A stretch of DNA of 15,687 nt from Chitinophagales bacterium (lineage in GTDB: Bacteria; Bacteroidota; Bacteroidia; Chitinophagales; Chitinophagaceae). Position 1 is the stretch's first letter; every line of letters starts with the position of its first letter. Below are positions 1-6,810 of this stretch, piece by piece. Position numbers and translations under genes: made by a program. The stretch is from the NCBI GenBank assembly GCA_015655435.1, contig JAATFC010000117.1:1-15687 (forward strand), given 5' to 3'. The notes beneath the pieces are model-generated. The model was not told the DNA's origin, did not search any database, and saw nothing but the letters and a program-made list of their open reading frames with translations.

Positions 1-90
1 AGTATCTGTGTGAAAATCGGCTGTCCGACATAATCCATAACTTTGTTCATATACTCAATTTTTTGGTGTGGTAACTACAAAATTGAGAAA

Positions 91-117
91 GGGTGGTCAA
101 ATGACCACCCTTATTTT
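91..117 (+). terminator. Rho-independent terminator-like hairpin (GGGTGGTCA / TGACCACCC, then TTATTTT) for a gene ending upstream of the window
   Basis: Perfect 9-bp inverted repeat at 91-99 and 102-110. It is followed directly by a T-rich run at 111-117. No ORF of 60 aa or more lies in 1-541. Confidence 0.45.
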
Positions 118-233
118 AAATTATCTCGGACAATAATGATTCGAAATATATCTATTATGGGAATTTATTCTTTAAACGGAGAAAAATACCAGTTGAAAAG
201 TTTATAAAAATAATTCCATTGGACGCAACCATT

Positions 234-250
234 TTGGCATCAATGCCAAC
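234..250. promoter_or_regulatory. Dyad motif TTGGC-ATCAAT-GCCAAC, copy 1 of 2, candidate operator
   Basis: Read directly from the sequence. Half-sites TTGGC (234-238) and GCCAA (245-249) are reverse complements separated by 6 nt. The same 17-mer recurs at 443-459 with 15/17 identity. Confidence 0.35.
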
Positions 251-442
251 TACCTACTCAATGGTTATTAAAAATGGAACAAGAATTTGGTTCAATTATA
301 AGAGGAAAGGAAATAGAAGTAGATGGCTTAATGCAATTGACCTTAATGAGAGAATCAATATTCTGATTTCAAATTATCAGAACTAATCTTTCTTCCCATA
401 GTATTAGTATTGCTACCGATGATAAAATAGAATGACAGATTG

Positions 443-459
443 TTGGCGACAATGCCAAC
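443..459. promoter_or_regulatory. Dyad motif TTGGC-GACAAT-GCCAAC, copy 2 of 2, candidate operator, lying within a longer 8-bp stem TTGTTGGC/GCCAACAA
   Basis: Inverted repeat TTGTTGGC (440-447) / GCCAACAA (454-461). Core identical to copy 1 except 2 nt. It lies 83-102 nt upstream of the ATG at 542. Confidence 0.35.
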
Positions 460-541
460 AATGACGGAAGTAATAATGACGGCGGAATCTTCAATATAAT
501 AGCTTTTCAAGAGTTGGATAAAATGTCTTATTTTTATATCA

Positions 542-1183
542 ATGACTACAATCGTTCCGACTCTTTACGATGTGATACTTTCCGATATAAACTTTCCGCA
601 TAATGCTATTTCCAAAAAGCAAGCCGAGGAATTGTTTGCTTTTTTTCAGCAACATCCTTTGTTTGACTGGAAAAATTCGCATAATGGGTGCGAAGGACGG
701 GCAGACGCTGTTTGCGTATTGTTGGACGAATGGCATATTCCCAATTTTAAAGGATGGGTTTTTGGTGGAGAATATCTCAAAAAAGGACATATTGGACAGT
801 TGAAAAATAATTGGAATTACCATGTAGCTCCGGTGCTTCCGGTTCAGTCGGATGAGCAGATTGTTCATTACGTATTGGACCCCAGTACGGGTAATTCGTT
901 ACAACCTATTGAGGAATGGGCGGCATCCATAACACAGATTCCGCATAGTTACTACTGCATAAGAAATTCCTGTTGGTATATCTTTCCGGAAAGAAAAATC
1001 AGTAAGAAAAAATGGCATCACCGCAACAAGCAAAACAGGAAATGGATGATTCAATGTCTTGTCGGAATCAATAGTCTCACAAGAATTGGAAAAGCCCAAT
1101 TTGTTTTTAATAAAAAAAGAATTGAAAAAACATGGAAAGCATTTAATCAAGCAAAGCTTGAAATGCCTGATTTTATTGACTAA
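542..1183 (+). CDS. Protein-glutamine glutaminase family protein (papain/transglutaminase-like Cys-His-Asp deamidase) with no signal peptide and a basic C-terminal tail
   Basis: Translation contains NGCEGRADAVCVLL, WNYHVAPVL and YVLDPSTG. From memory these match the catalytic Cys, His and Asp blocks of Chryseobacterium protein-glutaminase (DGCYARAH / WSYHVAIL / IIDPS). Spacing is similar: about 44 residues from Cys to His and about 19 from His to Asp. The N-terminus is not hydrophobic. The last ~90 aa are very Lys/Arg-rich. Confidence 0.6.
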   Translation: MTTIVPTLYDVILSDINFPHNAISKKQAEELFAFFQQHPLFDWKNSHNGCEGRADAVCVLLDEWHIPNFKGWVFGGEYLKKGHIGQLKNNWNYHVAPVLPVQSDEQIVHYVLDPSTGNSLQPIEEWAASITQIPHSYYCIRNSCWYIFPERKISKKKWHHRNKQNRKWMIQCLVGINSLTRIGKAQFVFNKKRIEKTWKAFNQAKLEMPDFID

Positions 1184-1226
1184 TTCAAAGTGTTTTTAAC
1201 TACTGTGTTGTTTTTAATAAAAGATT

Positions 1227-1787
1227 ATGTTAGAAGAGTTTCCTATATTACATACAGATAGACTTGACCTTGTCCAAATAGAGCAAAAACATTTACCAGA
1301 CATATTTCTATTGTTTAGTGATGAAAATGTTACACAATACTATAATATAGTTACATTAGGAGAAGAGGCGGAAGCGCAGAAATATCTTGATTGGTTTCAA
1401 AGTCGATTTTTGGAAAAACTCGGCATTCGTTGGGGCATTGCCTTGAAAGGATCATCCAATATAATAGGAACGATTGGTTTTAATAATTTTACAAAAAATC
1501 ACCGAGCCAATATTGGATATGATCTACAAATGAGTTATTGGAACAACGGTTATATCTCCGAAGCATTGGATACCGCTCTCGTGTTTGGATTCCAAAGATT
1601 AGAAATCAATAGGGTGGAAGCGGAGGTCATGCAAGGAAATATTGCGTCTGAGAAAGTATTGGGAAAGTTGGGCTTTGTAAAAGAAGGTATTTTGAGAGAA
1701 TGGATGTACTGGAGTGGTAAGCATTATGATATGACGATGTATTCACTATTGAAAGACGAGTATAATTCAAATAAATATAACTATTAA
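1227..1787 (+). CDS. GNAT family N-acetyltransferase, RimJ/RimL-like (Acetyltransf_3 type)
   Basis: 186 aa. N-terminal L-x-T-x-R-L pattern (ILHTDRLDLVQIE). Central acetyl-CoA binding region (IGTIGF...ANIGY) and C-terminal RLEINRVEAEV...NIASEKVLGKLGF are typical of ribosomal-protein N-acetyltransferase-like GNATs. Lies 43 nt after the upstream gene. Confidence 0.75.
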   Translation: MLEEFPILHTDRLDLVQIEQKHLPDIFLLFSDENVTQYYNIVTLGEEAEAQKYLDWFQSRFLEKLGIRWGIALKGSSNIIGTIGFNNFTKNHRANIGYDLQMSYWNNGYISEALDTALVFGFQRLEINRVEAEVMQGNIASEKVLGKLGFVKEGILREWMYWSGKHYDMTMYSLLKDEYNSNKYNY

Positions 1788-1877
1788 AATATTCTTTTTA
1801 AGAGTTAAATGAGAAATACTAACACCTTAATCTTTAAGTGAGAATAGCTATTTTTGATTGAGATAAAATGCTAAACT

Positions 1878-2564
1878 ATGAAGGTTGTCAAAAAAATAGC
1901 CAAAACTATGTTGTGGATTCTGATTGGTTTCGTTGTATTTGTAGCTGTGTATTGGTTGATGGAACGACTACTTTCGAGAAGTTCCGTTGCGGAACAAACA
2001 GATGGACAACCTAAGACTATTGCCGCTTGGGTATTTTCAAATGGCGTACACACAGATATAGTGTTGCCAATGCATACGCCTTACAAAGACTGGAACGAAA
2101 CATTTCCTTATGCCAATACACGTGGAAAGGATACAAGCTTTAACTGGATTGCGATAGGTTGGGGCGACAAAGGTTTTTACCTCAATACGCCGGAGTGGAA
2201 AGACCTGACGTTTTCTACTGCTTTTGTCGCAATGACGGGTCTGGGCAAAACCGCCTTGCATGTAACCTATTATAAAAATCTTAGTTCCAATGAACTTTGC
2301 CGACCTTTTACCATGTCTGTTGGGCAGTTTCAAAAAGTCATTCAATATATTGATAATAGTTTGGAAAAAGATGCTTTCGGGCATTCCATCTATATATCCA
2401 CCAATGCACAATACGGACAGGACGATGCTTTCTACGAGGCGAAAGGTAGTTATAGTATGTTCCATACCTGCAATACATGGACTAACAATGGGTTGAAAGC
2501 AGGTGGCTTGAAAGCGTCAAGGTGGACCGCGTTTGATAAAGGCATATTGTATCAATACCGGTAA
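1878..2564 (+). CDS. N-terminally membrane-anchored conserved hypothetical protein, tentatively DUF2459/TIGR02117-like
   Basis: 228 aa. One N-terminal TM segment (MLWILIGFVVFVAVYWL). The motifs HTDIVLP, IGWGDKGFY and FHTCNTWTN resemble what I recall of the TIGR02117 family. The family assignment is from memory and unverified. Confidence 0.45.
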   Translation: MKVVKKIAKTMLWILIGFVVFVAVYWLMERLLSRSSVAEQTDGQPKTIAAWVFSNGVHTDIVLPMHTPYKDWNETFPYANTRGKDTSFNWIAIGWGDKGFYLNTPEWKDLTFSTAFVAMTGLGKTALHVTYYKNLSSNELCRPFTMSVGQFQKVIQYIDNSLEKDAFGHSIYISTNAQYGQDDAFYEAKGSYSMFHTCNTWTNNGLKAGGLKASRWTAFDKGILYQYR

Positions 2565-2626
2565 TGCATTCCCAAATGCGATTTTAAGACACGGTTTAGA
2601 TAGTAGATTTTGCTAATATATTGGCA

Positions 2627-2634
2627 TATATTTG
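2627..2634 (+). promoter_or_regulatory. Candidate Bacteroidetes-type -7 box TATATTTG (TAnnTTTG) for the small membrane protein gene
   Basis: Exact match to the TAnnTTTG -7 consensus of Bacteroidetes sigma-A promoters, 23 nt upstream of the ATG at 2657. The upstream TTTG at 2609-2612 is spaced more closely than the usual 19-21 nt. Confidence 0.3.
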
Positions 2635-2656
2635 ACAGTGTTTTTATCACCTAAAA

Positions 2657-2959
2657 TTGCTTTCTATGAAAAAATCCAAATTGATGATGACAATTATGAT
2701 GGTAGCCGGAGTGCTCCTCTTATTGATTGGTTATTATCTGGCTTTCAGAACTAATACAAATGCAGTAGACAAAACGAATACGCAAATAGCCCAAAATGCA
2801 ACTAGTGCGGAAAGTGCTGCACGTCAAATATCTATTAACAATCAAAGAGAGACCAGAGGTAATTCTTTGGGAATGTTTTTGTTGGGCTTCGGCGGTGTGA
2901 TAACCCTTTTTTCGATAACTACCTTTTTCCCGACATCGAAAAACGTAAAAGCGTTGTAA
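2657..2959 (+). CDS. Small two-TM membrane protein, hypothetical
   Basis: 100 aa. Hydrophobic segments near both ends (MMTIMMVAGVLLLLIGYYLAF and LGMFLLGFGGVITLFSITTFF) flank a polar low-complexity loop rich in N/T/Q/A. Confidence 0.5.
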   Translation: MLSMKKSKLMMTIMMVAGVLLLLIGYYLAFRTNTNAVDKTNTQIAQNATSAESAARQISINNQRETRGNSLGMFLLGFGGVITLFSITTFFPTSKNVKAL

Positions 2960-2962
2960 AAT

Positions 2963-2995
2963 CCAAGAAGGTCGACATAATGTCGACCTTCTTGG
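2963..2995. terminator. Bidirectional hairpin between convergent genes (CCAAGAAGGTCGACAT / ATGTCGACCTTCTTGG)
   Basis: 16-bp perfect inverted repeat at 2963-2978 and 2980-2995. It sits in the 91-nt gap between the + strand small membrane gene and the - strand flotillin gene. On the minus strand it is followed by ATTTTAC. Confidence 0.55.
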
Positions 2996-3050
2996 GAATT
3001 GATAGTCTAAACTATGCTTCCGGATTCTCTCTGTTTTCGGTGTTTTTGGT

Positions 3051-4949
3051 TTATTGGTTTTTGACTTCCATTTGTTCCATGAGCTTCATTCCAAGCAAGC
3101 CGCTAATGCTTCCATCTGCATTGTTACCGTTGCCTTGTATCAATACTTCAGGCATGACTTTTATATTGCCTTTGCCAATTTCTTCCGTGATTTTATAGCG
3201 TGTGAAATTGTCCCCGCCCATTGCCTTGACTTGCAGCTCGTAGGCTTCGGCAGTACTTTTACCTATGGCCATGATTTTTTCCGCTTCAGCTAGACCAGTT
3301 TTGGAAATCTTCTCGGCATCTGCGCTGGCATTGAGTTTCGTGGCCTCTGCCTGCGCTCCGGCGCGTGCTTTTGTAGCTTCAGCTTCCGCATTTGCTCTTA
3401 ATTTGGTTGCAGTAGATTCCGCCTCTACTTGTAGTTTCAGACTATTGGCGTCACCTTCGGCTTTTTTAACAGTAGCATCTGCTGTACGTTGAGCAATTTC
3501 GACACTTTGCTGAGCTTTTACGATTTCTTTTTGCATGTCAGCGATAGCCGTTTCTTTTTCCACGCCTTGACGTTGTTCCTGTGCGAGTTTTTGCGTTTGA
3601 TAAGTTTTTTGTTCTTCTTCTGCAATCTTACGGTCGGTAAGTGTTTTCATTAATGCTTCCGGAGGAACGATGTCACCTATCAAAGTGTCCACGGCATTGA
3701 CATTGTATTCATCCAATACTTCGCGTATGTGGTCTTTTGCTGCTTGCTGCCTTTCCTTACGTGTAGACAGGAAGGAAATAACGTCGCTGTCCTGTGCGGA
3801 GTTTCTGAAATAGTTACCAATAGTGGGTTCCAATACCTGACTTACGAGGTTGTTCATACTACCGAAACGGGCAATTACTTTAGGTGCTTCACTTGCAGGA
3901 ATGTGGATAATCTGCGCCACGTCCAGATTGAACGGGAAACCGTCTTTACTACGCACCGTTATGGTGGAAAGGTTTTTGTCCAATGCGTGCGCTTCGCTTC
4001 GCGCGTTTGCCCAGTTAAGAACGAGATTAGTTGTCGGTACGAGTTCGACTTTCATGGTGTATTTGTTGATGGGATATTTACCAGGACCAAGTGGCTCCAT
4101 CCATACACCGCGCTTACCTTTTCCGACTATATTGCCATGTTTAAATGTGTCGTCTGTCAAGTCCTTGCCATCTTCCCCGATATAGGAAATAACAACGCCG
4201 ACATGTCCAATAGGAACCTCCGTCATGAGCGTTTCTTCTATCTGGATAGCCCATGGATTGATGAAATAGCTACCTGCGAGCATGACCTGGGGTTGTAGCC
4301 CACGATTACCTCCGTTGGAAAGAAAGGCGTCAATATCCTGAAAATTGTTGTGCCCTTCGATATGTTCACCAGCAATCTGTCCGGGTTTGATGGGGCGGCC
4401 GTCCAATGTAGTGACAATGCCCACCATGTTTTCTTTAATGATAACCATGTCGGCAATGGCGACCGTGAATGCGTAGGTATTGATACGATAAGTACCCGCA
4501 GTGAGCAAAGCCGTTTGACGACCTTTTTGTCCGTTGCTGATAAGGAATCTTTCCGCATCCTGAAAATTGTCGCACTCTACTTTGCGCCCGAGGATATTAC
4601 CTGTCGGAAGTTCCGTGCCGTCATTGGACAATACAAGTCCCACCTTGCCTTCCGGAATCACAACGAAAGAAACTTTTTCAATACCGTATTGCCAAGGCCA
4701 CATGCCCCAATACAATCCCGGCGCCAATGTTTTCGCCTGAAAACCGGCCTCGCCTTTTGTCGCGATGATATGTCCGTCCGGTAAGGATTTGTCGTTACCG
4801 ACCAATACGAATTTTTTGGTGACGAGTCCGATTTTGTCTTCTGGTACGATGACCATTCCGAAGAACATTCTTAAGATAAACTTGTACATGATAAGGCACA
4901 AAATGATGAAAGCTACCCACCAATATTGTGATAGTAATTGATTGCCCAT
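3051..4949 (-). CDS. Flotillin / SPFH (band 7) family protein, YqiK-like
   Basis: 632 aa. N-terminal TM (WWVAFIILCLIMYKFIL). Three repeated beta-rich blocks (KIGLVTKKF..., NMVGIVTTLDG..., HVGVVISYIG...) as in YqiK-type flotillins. SPFH core (LNWANARSEAHALDKNLSTITVRSKDGFPFNLDVAQII). Long Ala/Glu/Lys/Thr-rich coiled-coil tail. Confidence 0.85.
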   Translation of the reverse strand: MGNQLLSQYWWVAFIILCLIMYKFILRMFFGMVIVPEDKIGLVTKKFVLVGNDKSLPDGHIIATKGEAGFQAKTLAPGLYWGMWPWQYGIEKVSFVVIPEGKVGLVLSNDGTELPTGNILGRKVECDNFQDAERFLISNGQKGRQTALLTAGTYRINTYAFTVAIADMVIIKENMVGIVTTLDGRPIKPGQIAGEHIEGHNNFQDIDAFLSNGGNRGLQPQVMLAGSYFINPWAIQIEETLMTEVPIGHVGVVISYIGEDGKDLTDDTFKHGNIVGKGKRGVWMEPLGPGKYPINKYTMKVELVPTTNLVLNWANARSEAHALDKNLSTITVRSKDGFPFNLDVAQIIHIPASEAPKVIARFGSMNNLVSQVLEPTIGNYFRNSAQDSDVISFLSTRKERQQAAKDHIREVLDEYNVNAVDTLIGDIVPPEALMKTLTDRKIAEEEQKTYQTQKLAQEQRQGVEKETAIADMQKEIVKAQQSVEIAQRTADATVKKAEGDANSLKLQVEAESTATKLRANAEAEATKARAGAQAEATKLNASADAEKISKTGLAEAEKIMAIGKSTAEAYELQVKAMGGDNFTRYKITEEIGKGNIKVMPEVLIQGNGNNADGSISGLLGMKLMEQMEVKNQ

Positions 4950-5400
4950 TTGTGTGTTTTTTTATTGTTTGAATTTGAGATATACGTATAGAGCCTTGTC
5001 GCAAACCTTCATAGTCTGCGCGAGTAAAACCTTATTGAAAAGGATTGACATTTCAATAGATGCTAAATTGGATTTGACTGCTATTTCAGTTGGTTGGGGA
5101 AAACAGGTCTAAGCGGATTTTTTGTTAGTCTGACGCTCCGATGATATTTACTTGCAAATACATCTATGTGGTTGTGCATATAACATTGTAGCAACGCTAC
5201 ATTTGGTTTTCGATGTGAAGGTATAGAGGCTTTTGATATCCGCAAAAGAAATTGTGATTGGTTACATAATTTTGACTTTTGGCAAAATTTTTTTGAAATG
5301 ATTTTTGTATAAACCGTTTCCCTTAATATTGGCACGTGTCATATTGCAAGCCGTAACTAACCAAAATACGTATTTTCGTTTTTCAAAAAAGCAGACCAAT

Positions 5401-6240
5401 ATGTTACCTCGCAAGATGATGTGTATAGTCGTACTATTGATGTGCAGCCAATATAGCTTTGCACAAAATCAATGTATTGGGCTATTGTGGGACTTTCCGC
5501 ACCGTGACACGCTTGCTGTTTTTTCAGATAAAGCATTGGTTAGAAAAGGCCCGTCATCGGATGCTGTTATATTGGATAGTTTGCCTTGTGGAACGCAAGT
5601 GAAAGTAACATCTACAAAAGAAGAGGATTTGAAACTGGTAAAAGTAAGCGGCTATCATTCCTATTGGTTGCCGGTACAATATAAAGTAGGTAATGCAATA
5701 CGGAAGGGTTTTGTATGGAGCGGTTCGCTTGCGATTACGGATAATCGTTTTACTGACAAGCGGCTAATGGTTGGAATGGGCTATGTTACTACCGATTCTA
5801 TCACTAAGGATGTTGTTGTGAAAACGAAACTATTGGATAAAGACGGAAAGGAAATCTGGGCAAAAGAGCTGGAAGTAGGCAACGAATCAATTGGACTGGA
5901 AACGAAAGTATTGGATGGAATGGGACTGAGCAATGTGCAAAAAGTGTTTCGTATAATGTCCTCCGGTGAAGCCTGTGGAGTGCCGACCGATTTTAAATAT
6001 TTTGCATGGATGGTGGGAGATTCCATAGTTGCACTTCCTAGCCGTTACTGCGTTGCAGACGCTGGAGCATTTTATTACGACGAATCCTTTGTTTTCCCTT
6101 CCGAATCGGGCGGCAAACCTGGACGTATCATCAAAAACATCGAATCTGCCGAATATGACGAAAACGACAAACCAATAAAAAAGAAGAAAGAACAGTTGGT
6201 TTTTGTCTGGGACGGCAAAAGGGCAACAAGCAGCAAGTGA
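5401..6240 (+). CDS. Secreted hypothetical protein with a bacterial SH3-like (SH3b) segment and a Lys-rich C-terminus
   Basis: The ORF track starts at 5305, but the Met at 5401 begins a classic signal peptide (MLPRKMMCIVVLLMCSQYSFAQ). ALVRKGPSSDAVILDSLPCGTQVKV...YWLPVQYKVGNAIRKGFVWSGSL fits the SH3_3 pattern (VRxGPS...G..V.V...W..V...G..G.V). Confidence 0.55.
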   Translation: MLPRKMMCIVVLLMCSQYSFAQNQCIGLLWDFPHRDTLAVFSDKALVRKGPSSDAVILDSLPCGTQVKVTSTKEEDLKLVKVSGYHSYWLPVQYKVGNAIRKGFVWSGSLAITDNRFTDKRLMVGMGYVTTDSITKDVVVKTKLLDKDGKEIWAKELEVGNESIGLETKVLDGMGLSNVQKVFRIMSSGEACGVPTDFKYFAWMVGDSIVALPSRYCVADAGAFYYDESFVFPSESGGKPGRIIKNIESAEYDENDKPIKKKKEQLVFVWDGKRATSSK

Positions 6241-6297
6241 CACAATGAAAAGCCACCGTGCATTTATAGACAAATGTCATATTTGTATGAATTTCTT

Positions 6298-6305
6298 TAT
6301 TTTTG
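6298..6305 (+). promoter_or_regulatory. Candidate -7 box TATTTTTG (TAnnTTTG) upstream of rpsO
   Basis: Exact TAnnTTTG match 110 nt upstream of the rpsO ATG. This would give a ~100-nt leader, compatible with S15 autoregulation of its own mRNA leader. Such autoregulation is established for S15 in other bacteria and is not shown here. Confidence 0.25.
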
Positions 6306-6415
6306 ATTCTTCAAAACCAAGTGTAAATATTTTTTATTCCATATTGGATAATTTACTTACCTTCGCAGCCGATTAAAAAGAGAAATTTAAATAAAAGAGG
6401 TTAAAAAGATTTCAG

Positions 6416-6688
6416 ATGCCTTACTTAAGTAAAGAAAAAAAAGCTGCAATTTTCGCAGAATTCGGTGGGAAAGCCGAAAATACAGGTTCTACAGAAGCAC
6501 AGGTTGCTATGTTGACGGAGCGTATCAAACATTTGACACAGCACTTAAAAGTTAATAAGAAAGACTTTTCGACACAACGTGGGCTGATGGCTATGGTTGG
6601 ACAACGTAGAAGCCATCTTTCTTATTTGCAAAAACATAATTTGGAAGGTTATCGTGCCCTAATTGAGAAGTTAGGTCTTAGAAAATAA
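6416..6688 (+). CDS. rpsO: 30S ribosomal protein S15
   Basis: 90 aa. [17 protein letters not shown]...[37 protein letters not shown] is unmistakably S15. It is followed by pnp, as in the conserved rpsO-pnp operon. Confidence 0.95.
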   Translation: MPYLSKEKKAAIFAEFGGKAENTGSTEAQVAMLTERIKHLTQHLKVNKKDFSTQRGLMAMVGQRRSHLSYLQKHNLEGYRALIEKLGLRK

Positions 6689-6704
6689 TCTTTCATGAGA
6701 GTAT

Positions 6705-6747
6705 AAACTATTCCCGGCTGTTTTTATCAGTTGGGAATAGTTTTTTT
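6705..6747 (+). terminator. rpsO-pnp intergenic hairpin plus T-tract (terminator/attenuator and probable RNase processing structure)
   Basis: AAACTATTCCC(GG) at 6705-6717 pairs with (CC)GGGAATAGTTT at 6731-6743, including two G-U pairs. Loop of about 7-13 nt. Then TTTTTTTG at 6741-6747. Lies 17 nt after the rpsO stop and 64 nt before the pnp ATG. Confidence 0.55.
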
Positions 6748-6810
6748 GTATCTATACGATTGTAGTTTAGTTTGAGCGATTTTTAGTGTTTAATTTTCAA
6801 AAGATATTGT

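Noticed and set aside
120-160. tRNA-like T-loop (ttcgaatc on the minus strand near 137-150), and a general scan for tRNA/rRNA/CRISPR
   Set aside because: No flanking acceptor or T-stem complementarity, and the A+T-rich context is unlike a tRNA. No GTTCGA/GTTCAA T-loops with stems were found elsewhere. No spaced direct-repeat array was found.
231-250. Reading the TTGGCAT...TGCC dyads as sigma-54 (-24 TGGCAC / -12 TTGC) promoters
   Set aside because: GG-to-GC spacing is 9 nt rather than the about 12 required, and the -12 element reads TGCC, not TTGC.
261-386. 42-aa Lys/Arg/Asn-rich ORF in the long leader
   Set aside because: Too short. Its composition simply mirrors the A-rich DNA, and there is no start context. 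Kept only as part of the leader finding.
2980-3198. 72-aa plus-strand ORF starting inside the bidirectional terminator hairpin
   Set aside because: Overlaps the hairpin and the flotillin C-terminus on the opposite strand. Hydrophobic junk translation.
3054-4784. Plus-strand ORFs inside or antisense to the flotillin gene, including the Ala/Ser-rich 3265..3492
   Set aside because: Antisense to a well-supported flotillin CDS. The Ala-rich one is the mirror image of the Ala/Glu/Lys coiled-coil codons.
5081-5335. 84-aa minus-strand ORF in the flotillin/SH3b divergent spacer
   Set aside because: Very basic, no recognisable features, and it overlaps the probable promoter region. The 5305-5400 N-terminal extension of the SH3b ORF was also rejected in favour of the signal-peptide start at 5401.
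4950-5400. Possible sRNA or promoter elements in the 450-nt flotillin/SH3b divergent spacer, including TAATTTTG at 5267-5274
   Set aside because: One exact -7-type octamer exists, but it lies upstream of an ORF start I consider wrong (5305) and about 130 nt from the preferred start at 5401. Without a -33 partner or structure I could not support a specific call.
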